The notes under the pieces are model-generated. The model saw only the letters and a list, made by a program, of their open reading frames with translations. It made no database searches and was not told the DNA's origin. Below, piece by piece: positions 53,341 to 63,155 of a DNA stretch of 63,155 nucleotides. Origin of the DNA: Perkinsus olseni (taxonomy: Eukaryota); contig JABANN010000137.1 in assembly GCA_013115125.1 (NCBI GenBank), positions 1 to 63,155 of the forward strand, read 5' to 3'. The translations under genes and the position numbers were made by a program. Position 1 is the first letter of the stretch. The number at the start of each line of letters is the position of its first letter.

Positions 53341-54248
53341 AACGAGGAGTGTAGGGGGATACTATCGAGAGAGGTGAGTGAGAGGGAATACAGTGGCAGA
53401 TACTCGAGAAGGTCTGAGCGCTGCCCTGTAGGGATACACAAATCGAGGAACTCAGCTTCTCCTAGTGTGTTGGGTTAAAGCATGCGTAATGGGCAATGAT
53501 TGCCCAAGATATCTTCTACTACTTCACAACTGCAAAAAGCGCTTACTCTTCATCTCACTCATAGACTACGAGAAGCGTCCGTTTTCGAACGGGGAATGTG
53601 GGGAAAGTAACTTTTTCGAGCGTTTTCCTCGAGCTCCTTCGAGCGATTCCAAACCTTGGCGGAGCGATGCATATGGGCTTACAGGAATTGCGCGTTGCAC
53701 TGGGCTGCGCAAGGGAGGTCGTCAAGAGGCTTCTGCGTAAACCTCGACGTGATCCGACCTGTAGCAGCATCTTGCGCACATCCTGGGCGACCGCTAAGAG
53801 CAGAATTATTTCGTTGAACGTTTCGTCAGCTTGTTGGCGAAGTTAAGTTAATTTTGGATTTCGTCTACTCAGGGTTGGCCCGAAAGATCTTTCGACGGGA
53901 ATAACACAAACTTGACAGCCGTTGCCGTACAGATTGTCGAAAAACTTCGACTAGAAAACGTTGTCCTACCATTTTGTTCACAAAATTGCGGATTTCGCAG
54001 CATAAGCTGAGCTTAGGCGACGATGACAATTTTGGGAGGAAAACGGGTTTGGACAACTTTGACGAAATTAGGGGTCGCGAACACAGGAGCTCAAGAGAGG
54101 CGCTTCCAGTTGGTAAAGTCCAAGCGAGAAGTGCCAACTCCGAGGAAGCGTCCTCGGGGATCTGTTTGCCCTGGGTGACTTTTCCGGAATAGCAAGCCCC
54201 TGTCGCTTGTGTTTCTATATTACTTCAAGGCTGTGCTTTTCCGTAACA

Positions 54249-56648
54249 ATGGGCCAAGTTATTGCCACGGTACTTGAAGATCTCTCAGACGATGAGGAAA
54301 AGTGGAAAGGCTCCCAGCGTGCTACAACCCTGCATCGGATATTCCGCCGCTTGAGCTCAGGTGACCTCTGGGCAATCTATAGACGGTAACAGACAACAAC
54401 ACTGGTGGACCGTCTCTGAGGTCCCTGCAGATACCGCCGACAGGAGCTCCAACTACCCGGCCTGGATCAGGAGCAGACCCGTGAAGTCCTCGGACCATCA
54501 CTAGGTGTTGGTGAGTGGAAGACTGTTGCCGTCTTGCAGTGTGATCGGTCGCTTGGCCTAGGCCCTTTCCTCTTCATATGGGATATCTTTTCAATTGCGA
54601 ACAGCCATGTCGACCCTACCGAGCTCCTGTGTATGGCCAGTATCTTTTCTGGCTCCGAGCTATCCGAGAAAGTACTCTCCTCTCCAACTAATTTAATACC
54701 ACATTTCCACCAAATCAGGGTCGATTCCTCTTGGCTGTGTTTGATACGTCCGGTAGAGGGATGCTTACTCCCAAGTCCCTCTGTATGATGGGCAGGTTAG
54801 TCATAGAGGTAAGAGCACGCCCGACCTCTGTTGCCTACTCCCACTCATCATCAGATCCTGGGTAAGTGCGTCCCTCTGTGCAGCAGTGGTAAGAGCGTTT
54901 ACGCTGCCTTACGGAAGGACGTGGCCTCCATCCTCCCCGGGTAGAGGTCGTCATGATACCAAAATTTTTTCTCAGGGGCGATTTGTCAGGTACTCTGAGG
55001 CCTTAGCCGTGGCATCAGACCAGCGAGGCAATGCTGCTGCAGCTGCGATATTATTCGAGACAGAGGAGATGATCGGCCAGATGGAGCTTACTCTACTGCT
55101 AGCTCCTATCAAACCGGTAGCCACCTCTGTCGTCGACTCCCCTTCGTGAAGGCTTCCCCCAGGCGTATGACGCTTTGCCTCTATCCGATACAAGTGCAGC
55201 TGCGGGAAGGTCAGATGGCACCGATGTAGTTGGCTCAATGCCGCTGTCGTTGACTGCTGTGGCCGTGCCAGCATCTCTACAGGTGGTAACTATGTTCCAG
55301 AAGAGGAGACTGAGACGCCAAGCCACGCTCGCCGAGGAATCCCGTCGTGGTAGTAGCGAGGGGAAATGTCCGTTTTGGGGATATCTTGACGGATGGGGAA
55401 TCGCCTGTTGAGTTTGCATGAAGGTTCATTGAAGGAAGGAGTGGGGGAATGATTTTTATGTTAGGTCGACCATCACTGAGAGACGCTCTTCAGGAAGAGG
55501 TAAGCTTGCTGTCTTGCGTAGATGCCGCCGGTGGGAATCGAACCTTCGCATTCTAGGAGTCCCACGTCTCACCTTTTCACGAGCCGCCCAGCAGTGATAG
55601 CTCAGTGTGTGCGAGAGCTGAGACGCCGGTGGTCGAGGAGGAGATGGACGATGCAAAAGTGGAGGAGACCGTAGAAGGTGGGATTATCATCATTACTTCG
55701 CCTTTCGTTTGATGCTCTCCTTCAGCCCCCGCGAGGAGCCGATCGCCCCCTGTTGTATCAACTCCGAGCATGCCCACAGTAACAGCAGCCCGACCCGTTG
55801 TTGAAGTCACCGCGGCTGTTGCACGGGATCAAGGCGTTCAGACCCTCATCACTTGTCAAGTTCTAGACGAGTTGCTCGACAGTAGTAGACACAATGACGA
55901 TGCTCACACTTGGGGCCCTGCATCGGTGGACCCGCGCCCTGCATCGGTGGACCCTGGCCCTGTATCGGTGGACCCTGGCCCTGTATCGGTGGACCCTGGC
56001 CCTGTATCGGTGGACCCTGGCCCTGTATCGGTGGAGCCTGGCCCTGTATCGGTGGACCCTGGCCCTGTATCGGTGGAGCCTGGCCCTGTATCGGTCGTCG
56101 GATCCATCGGGACGATCCCAGCGAGTACCTCCTCTTCATGTAGCACCGAGCGCCGGAGCATGGTCAGTTCTGATGGTATCGTGGCGAGTGACGTTAGTGA
56201 TGAGAATGCCGTCCGGAGGGAGGTGGAGGCCGATCTAGCTATCAACGTTGCCAGGGGGGCGGCACTAGCAGCGGTTCGCTCCCTCCGAGGGGACACTCCT
56301 GCTACCAGTCAAACCGATGTATCCGAGGAAATTACCGAGCTCAGCCGACTGGTCGTAGACACTGTCATCCAAACTGCTGTGGGTGGCTGCGGAGGGAGTG
56401 ATTACACCGGCGGGGAGAGCGGTAGTACTATGCTCATTGCGAGCCTTCTCTCTTTAGCTTTCCCTGACTCAGTTGATGGCACCAGTACGACCAGCGAGAA
56501 TGACGAAGCCTCACTACTGGGGCACCTGGTCTACTACAGAGCTCTTACCTCGGCCCTCATCTCCATCGTCATCACCGAGGTGAGTCGAACCTGTTCAGTG
56601 TCGTGCCACTTTTCTCTGCAGAACTCGTCGCTTCCTCGTCCAGTATGA
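54249..56648 (+). CDS. Hypothetical protein with an N-terminal calcineurin-B/EF-hand-like region and a low-complexity C-terminus; may extend to about 57500
   Basis: MGQ start (possible N-myristoylation). VDPTELLCMASIFSGSELSEK|GRFLLAVFDTSGRGMLT resembles the CnB/recoverin 'EKL.F.F..D.DG.G.I' pattern. Exons were traced into ORF 55770-56648. Confidence 0.55.
55914..56095 (+). repeat. Coding minisatellite, 21-nt unit x about 8.7 (GPVSV[D/E]P)
   Basis: GGCCCTGTATCGGTGGA(C/G)CCT is repeated head to tail. Confidence 0.95.
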
Positions 56649-57595
56649 AGGGTTTTCCTGCTCATGTCAATCCCCTGCAGGGCGTTGATGATTCATGACA
56701 GGGATTGAAAGTGTTTTGTCGTCCATGCCGCTTTTGGTGGGTTGCTAGGATATGCCCTCGCTATCCGATCGTTTCCGTAGTGTTGCGTCAGTGAATCACA
56801 GGTGGGAACGGGTGGTGGCAGTACTTATTTATTTTCACATTTTCCGAGAAGTCCCCTTGTGGGTGGTAGCAGCATGCCCGGCCTCCTCCGGCTTGGTCAG
56901 AGTCAGCCTTCCAGTGTTCTGCAGTACCTATCACTAGATGACAAGAAGAAACTGCAGCAGGTAGTAGTGCTTGGCCCAATCTCTCACTCATAACGGTATC
57001 GGGTCAGCGATGGTCATATGGCTCGAGTAAGTTGAGAGTAGTACCGTATCCTCTCATGTTACGATATAGTTGTAGTGGTCGTACGCCTGGGGTGCCCATG
57101 ATCGATGGCGGTACTGTTCAGGACCTTCTCGAGCATGGCATACATCATGCTTGTAGAGGGATAAAGGTCGGGGCTGATGGTGGCACATGTTCCAACGTAA
57201 CAGCAGCCATAAGACGACAAGTTATGCTACCACAAGGTCACCAGCAACTACGAGGGTAGCATACAGGGGGGGCGCATTCTCTCATTGATATATTCACTCT
57301 ATCTGCTTTCTACTCGGATTGCCAGGCCAATCGTCTTGCGTGATGGCGATCTCTCCAGGTACGTCCGTCGGGAGCTTCGGCGAATCGCCAATTGCCTGCT
57401 GGCCGTAGGGCAACGGCGACTTCGATCAGCCGTTGACGCCTGCTGCAGTGGGAAGCGTTCGGAAAGAGACGAAGGCTCGTCGCCCTCTGAGGAAGGCTCA
57501 GAAAACATCAAAGTTCAGCGTCTTTTTTGTCACTATCGAGTGGAGTTATCTTGTACATTGCTTTTACATGCTCGTTGCAGTTGTTTCCTATCGCC

Positions 57596-59893
57596 ATGTA
57601 TCTCGATCGACCCAGCCGTCGTGACCGGAGTCGGAGCCCTCGAAGGAGTGTCGTCTTCCAGGGCAGATGTGACAATTGCGGCGGCTTCGGCCATAAGCGT
57701 GCTCAATGGTACAACGCTGGGAGAGATTTAGGGCGCGTGGAGGTATTCAGTAGTGTTTTCCTGCTCTAGCCCGACGCCTGATCTGTGGGGAGCATCTCAT
57801 GAACCGAGGACCGAGGTCGCTGGCTTGGCTCCGTCGTATAAGGCGGGCGGTGATCGGAGGTCGGGCCCTCGTGGAACATCCCCGTATCGAGAAGACGGCT
57901 ACCGATATGAAAGGGGACATGGCGGACGGATAGAGTTGTACGAGAGGTGATGGTGTTTGTGGCGGGGTTAGAACCTGTGCGGGTTTCGGTTCGGAGGGTC
58001 GGGAGATTCGGAATAACTATTGCATGTGGGTGATAGTGGATGATACACCGGGCTAAAGTCTCTGCCGCGTATCGAACTTGCGTGGGTTTCGTGTATGGGG
58101 ATTATGGCTGGCTCAGATCCGGTAGAGATGAGCCTCATCGGGCGCCCACAGTGTGTCGAAATTGCGGACTGACTGGGCATTGGGAGGGGCAGTGCGGCAA
58201 GGAGCCAGTCTGTTACAATTGCAGAAGGGTAACGTTGATGATGACGACCGGGGGATACGGAGAAGGAGCTCACAGCCCTCATGTATTCAGAGTGGCCATC
58301 GGGTTAACGATTGCCCGGTGAAGGAGAGGATCTGTCGGAGGTGTCGGAGGCCGGGTCATGAGGTACGGTAACCAGCAGCAGTCGGATGATAGCTGATACT
58401 ACTCATGGTGATGACAGGAGAGGGACTGTAGGCATCCTCCGCGCTGCATTCTGTGTGACAAGGACGGTCATTGGGCTGGGGACTGTCCTACCAAGGACGT
58501 CATGTGCCTCAACTGCCGGGAGTTGGGGCATAGGGCCAAGGACTGCCCCAACGATATAGTCTGCATCAAGTATGGATAAAGGAGGGGTTAGCGGGATTGG
58601 TGTAGGCTACACCGTGTAGCGCTAACGTGGTAGGTGTCGAAGGCCCGGTCACAAGGTGGCCGACTGTCCAACGCTGAGAGGGGATGTGGTGGCCATGGAC
58701 CAGGAGGATTCATTTGAGTGGGGAGCAGCGAGCCTTCGAGAGATCCATCGGGCACCTTGGTGGTTTGTGTACCAGATTCGACAGGAGAAGAGAGTACTGC
58801 CTCAACTGTAAAAGCTACGGCCATTTTTCTAGGGGCTGCCCGAATGAGCCCGTCTGCAACGCGTAGGGAGCACTAGGGGGGAGGGTGGCGACGGTGATGA
58901 TGTTAGGTGTGGGATGGAGGGCCATATCGCTGTTAATTGCCCGAGGACCCGACGAGTGGACGAAAATGGTCGCGGTGGATGGTCTTCCCCAGAGGAAGGG
59001 AGGTGGGAGTTGGGCTGCAGCGGGGAGGAGGAGGGCAGGTCGAGCAGCAGGTCCGATAGAGTGTCGAATGATGATGAAGTTTGTCTGAACTGCAAGCGGC
59101 CGGGTCATATAGCAAGGGAATGCCCTAATGAGATCGTGTGCAATAAGTAAGGGAAGTGAGTTGATGGCCTTGATCCATCGACCCCGAGCACCATCAGATG
59201 CGGTGGCCCTGGGCATAAGGCTTATGAGTGTCCGGAGGGGGAGGAGAGGTCACCTAGGAAGAGGTAAGCCTTGGGACTAGTACGTCACCATTGGTCCTGC
59301 TGTCCTGTAGGCCACTCAAGGATTGCTATATTTGCGGAGAGCTCGGCCATATAGCCGCGGAGTGCCCGAACGATGGAATACGCGATCATCGGTAGGCCGG
59401 CCACCTTACAACCCGTACTATGTCCTCATACCGGTCCTTGTGCAGTCGTGAAGGAGACGGTCGCAGACGGCAGTCGGACTACGGGAGGGGCATGGCAAGC
59501 CGGATGCCGAGTGATGATGAGCTCTGTTACAACTGTCATCAACGTGGCCACATAGCTAGGGACTGCAGGAAGCCGCCCATTTGCAGGAAGTGCTCTTTCC
59601 ATCATCATGGACTGCCTTGGATAGACATCCCCTGTCATCATTCAGTTGCCATCGTGAAGGCCACATCGCACAGAATTGCCCTTCTAGTAGACCGGAGCAC
59701 ACCTCATCCGAGCACGTCGTTTGTCGGAATTGCCGCCAGACTGGCCATCTTACCAGGGACTGCCACAACCCACCGGTCTGCAATAGGTAGGTTCATACCG
59801 GAGGAGGAGGGCTGCCGCTGCGCACCGTTACTGCGTTGCTCGTTCAGATGTAACAAAGTAGGCCACAAGGCGGCAGCGTGTGAGGCTTTCTGA
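57596..59893 (+). CDS. Multi-zinc-knuckle (CCHC) nucleic-acid-binding protein, CNBP/HEXBP-like, about 16 knuckles, multi-exon
   Basis: RS-rich start MYLDRPSRRDRSRSPRR. Repeated CX2CX4HX4C (for example CRNCGLTGHWEGQC, CLNCKRPGHIAREC, CYNCHQRGHIARDC). Ends CNKVGHKAAACEAF*. Confidence 0.9.
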
Positions 59894-59979
59894 ACACAAA
59901 CGATAGTTGCCGTTTAGTTTCCTCGACTAGGGTGTTGCGTCATCAGGGTGGCGATACTGCAGTTTCTATCACTTCCAGT

Positions 59980-60731
59980 ATGATGACCCACAACCCCGCC
60001 CCATCAACTCAACGATCATCGTCACAGCTATCGTCGAGAAGGAGTCTCCGTAGTGCCCCTCGGACGCCAGGTACTGCTGCTGCTGTCCGTGCATACCACC
60101 ATGACTTGATATCGTTGTTCTAGCATCACAAGTGTACACCCTACCGCCGTACTTGCCATCGGGAGGGGCCCTCTTGCGGAGAGACTTTCGTAAGTCGTCG
60201 TGCCATGCTGCAGCGGGCCTTTGGGAACCCTGACCTGGTGCAAGAAGATTGTCTCCGGTTCGTCTGATAGGCACCTCCACAGCAGACTATGGCCTTCTAC
60301 CAGCGATGGTACCCAGGACTCAGGTCGACACTTCGTGCCCTACTGGCTGGTCAGACGTGTTGCATCAGGTGGAGGCAGAGCTTGAGCCGGTGGCCGGCCT
60401 TACCAGAGGGGAGATAGGATACTTACAGCACTCTCAGTATCACCGACAATTGTGGCCTATCGTGCTCTCTACGGTGTGACCTTTCAGTGAGTTCCCGCGA
60501 TTCACTCGTCAAGCCATACGGCAGCAGCTGAATGTTGATGATGTTGGACGTCCTACTCAGCAGACATGGGAGATGAGGTAGGATCTTTCAGACAGCAGGT
60601 CGAGCACGTCTTTTTTAGAGCCTCTCAGTGCACCGATGCCGTGGGGTCGGGCCGTCGCACTTCCGAAGGTTCTATTGAGAAAGGTTGGCTCTCACAGTAA
60701 TCGAAGGGTTTCCCATACAGGTCTTCTCTAG
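59980..60731 (+). CDS. Hypothetical spliced protein
   Basis: A chain of short exons with GT..AG introns (MMTHNPAP..., VEAELEPVAGLTRGEIGYLQHSQY, EFPRFTRQAIRQQL). No recognised domain. Confidence 0.4.
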
Positions 60732-62331
60732 GTGGCACTTCTGGTACGACCAGCACCCGTAACGGAGCAGGAGGAAGTGTATCGGGGCGTTCGAGTGCGG
60801 GAGCCGACCATGACGGCATGTTGATGATTCATCATCAGATGTGACGTCTGCGAGGACCGCAAGGTCCTCATTGTCCGAGCGATGGGCTAGACCAGCAGCG
60901 ACGACTCTGCCGATGCTCTGGTTGGGGCATTTCGAAGGAATGACAACAACCAATAGCGATACGTAAAGTAAAGCGAAACAGCTCCGACGGCGAATGGCCC
61001 GACTTTCAGGTACGGCCAGCAGCAGCACAGCAGGGTGGATACTTTCTCGTGGCCATACCGTGGAAGGGAATTGTGGAAGTTCGAGAAGGGCCTTGGGGTT
61101 GGCAAGCAAACGGCGAGTGTTGACAACATGTTACAGAGGCAGTACTTATACAAACCCTTCGGTGCGCCATACGGCCGAACCATGAGCTCGGGCCAGTTCA
61201 ATGATATTTGACGCTGTTGGTGTTTCCACCTCTTGCGTGCGGCAGTTCAAGGGTAGCCTGGGTTTAAAGGCAAAATACTTCAAAGCAAACGCATTCTGTG
61301 GAAGTCCGCGAGTTAACGCACCACTTCGCACTGCTCGATCATTGACGCCTGCTACGACAGCCTTCTTCGTCTACACTCCACACGGAGGTGGAACAACTTC
61401 ATCCCAATTGTTTGCATGGCCCTCGAGACCATACATACGCCCGATGAATCGTGCGATTACCTTTCCCTTGCCATACACCTCTTGTCCTTGCGTCGGTGAA
61501 TCCGGCGGATGGGCCAATACACCGGTGTCTTGGGTTTCAGTCGAGGATCATGTCGCACTCCTTTGACAAATAATACTGTATAGTTCTTCGATGCCTCTCA
61601 TGTTTCGGAGTAGTGGCGTGTGTGAGTTTAAAGTCCAACGCCGACAGTACGGCCTTAGTTAGACTAGCACAGACGTACCTTTTCGAGGGGGATTCGTTCA
61701 ACCTGTTAAATAGGCTGTGTTCAAGCCAAAGAACGTTGCTCTCGGAAAGAGGTCATGTTAGTGGTTATACGTCACTTCAGTGAGCTCAGAGATGTACAGT
61801 GGGAGCGTGAATGATAACGCGACTAGGGCTCATCGGATCAAGTGAACCGCCGAATGTAACCGGAGTAACGTTATTGGCAGTTCATCATATCTTCCAATTT
61901 CTCTATAAACTAAAAATCAACCCCGGCTCATCGATGAGATGTGCAAAAAAATGAGATGTGCAAAAAAGATATAGTGAGAACACATCGCTAAGGGAGATCA
62001 TAACCCCTCCAATGCAGACTCCATAATCGACATCTCGATTGCGTTTCCACCGAAAGGGCAAATATCTTTTGGGGGCCTCTTTCTTCCGTGAATTTCGTCC
62101 AGTAGGATGTCGTAGGAGTAGAGAGAACTGCAGAAAGCGAGAAAAACCGCAAAAACTCATCCGCGTTGCAGCCAACACAGACAGTGTGCGGACCAGCGCT
62201 TGAGGACAGAGATGTGGTACTGTGGACGTGATCGCTCGCTAGAGTAGAGCGGGAGTCGGGGAAAGAATACTCATACACAGATTTCTAGGCGAAAACGAGA
62301 CTGGTGATACGTAAAAAATTGGCGGTCTCAT

Positions 62332-63155
62332 TCACCAGGGTAACATCTTGAAGTTCTCCTTTCTCACTGAGCCCAAGGATAGTCCATGTGGTAGTTTCGC
62401 ACCGCTGATAGATTTCAGAGCGGCACTCACGAGAGCGTCGGGTCCGCATAAAAAGAAGTTTATACGGCTGGCTCCCTCTTCAACAGCTCGAGTGTAGGCA
62501 CTCGTAACGAACTCCTCGAGCTCTTCAGTTCCCGGTACCGAGTGATAGTCAAGTAGAGTCACGTAAGGCAGACCATAGGGGCCGCTCTTGCAGGACTCGT
62601 CAGCTACTGAAGAGCCGTCCTCGGCGCATGTCGACAGAAGCTGTGAAACTCGTTGGCCGTTGTCCCCAGAGTAGAGGAGTCGTTTGGTACCAACATCTTC
62701 GATAGAAGGGTAGATGAGGTCGAGGGAGTCGACGTTGTAGAGATGCCAAAGCACGGATACTCTCGAGCGTTGAACTGATAATGGTAAACCTTGGATGATA
62801 GAGGCAACGGGCGCTACACCACTTCCACCACAAAGGAAGGCGGCATACTCTCCGCTAGGACAAAGCTGCCGAGGTAAATCATTGACACCGTAGGGGCCCT
62901 GGACCAGTACAGGCTCTCCTACCAATGCCTCTGGAGGGCTGTTCAGCAGCTTCTGAGCGATGAACCCTTTCCCGGAGATGAGGAATCTCTGCTCGTGCTC
63001 AGCACCGGACAGTGGAGGTAGCACAGAATAGGGGTGCCCAATTGCATCCATACCCGGGAAGGAGAGCGATACCCACTGGCCGGGAACAGGCTTCAAGGGG
63101 CACCGGATGGTGAGCTGGCAAGACTTGGGCAAACCCTTCGTGTCATCAGTGAGAG
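62332..63155 (-). CDS. C-terminal FAD- and NAD(P)H-binding domains of a ferric reductase/NOX-like (FNR-fold) oxidoreductase, 5'-partial
   Basis: PGQWVSL.FP...HPYSV (FAD binding), V.GPYG, FLCGGSGVAP, V.VLW and FFLCGP..L. The ORF runs off the window end. Confidence 0.85.
   Translation of the reverse strand, partial: LTDDTKGLPKSCQLTIRCPLKPVPGQWVSLSFPGMDAIGHPYSVLPPLSGAEHEQRFLISGKGFIAQKLLNSPPEALVGEPVLVQGPYGVNDLPRQLCPSGEYAAFLCGGSGVAPVASIIQGLPLSVQRSRVSVLWHLYNVDSLDLIYPSIEDVGTKRLLYSGDNGQRVSQLLSTCAEDGSSVADESCKSGPYGLPYVTLLDYHSVPGTEELEEFVTSAYTRAVEEGASRINFFLCGPDALVSAALKSISGAKLPHGLSLGSVRKENFKMLPW

Noticed and set aside
53406-53418. GAGAAGGTCTGAG, resembling eukaryotic RNase P CR-I
   Set aside because: No matching CR-V (TTCAGAC) was found downstream, and it lies in the P10 upstream flank.
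53465-54192. Short ORFs between P10 and the EF-hand-like gene as a possible transposon relic
   Set aside because: No transposase or RT motif, terminal repeats or target-site duplication was recognisable.
55849-56296. Overlapping ORFs with PPIQGQG, WTLALYR, TDTGPGS and GPWPCIG repeats; superficially CRISPR-like periodicity
   Set aside because: These are alternative frames of one 21-nt minisatellite, and there are no unique spacers.
57596-59893. CCHC knuckles as retrotransposon Gag
   Set aside because: The gene is intron-rich with many knuckles, and there is no protease, RT, integrase or LTR nearby.
60740-62280. Possible minus-strand spliced gene, and a 17-nt tandem duplication at 61934-61967
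   Set aside because: I could not assemble a consistent reading frame or recognise homology; the duplication looks like simple slippage.

Overview
This is eukaryotic, gene-dense DNA with many short GT-AG introns. Gene style and protein sequences suggest an alveolate, most likely Perkinsus (inference; no database search was run). The left flank (1-15.6 kb) is housekeeping: an ERGIC-53/VIP36-type L-lectin, two tandem intronless TM-RING-H2 genes, an Era-like GTPase whose intron hides an antisense tRNA-Arg(ACG), RCD1/CNOT9 head-to-head with CDC48/p97, and MsrB. A GC-rich multi-hairpin element lies between CDC48 and MsrB. The centre (16.6-53.3 kb) is a minus-strand tandem array of about 10 signal-peptide genes. 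All appear built from one Cys-anchored module (a beta-rich exon plus a helical exon), present in 2 to 8 copies per gene. The array shows patchwork near-identical tracts (gene conversion), a signal exon shared between size classes, one shortened member and one probably disabled member, so it is a candidate undescribed modular secreted/effector family. The right flank holds an EF-hand-like protein with a 21-nt coding minisatellite, a protein with about 16 CCHC knuckles, a poorly resolved hypothetical gene and the 3' part of a ferric-reductase/NOX-type FAD/NAD(P)H domain. Exon structures were traced by eye, so gene ends in the array are approximate.
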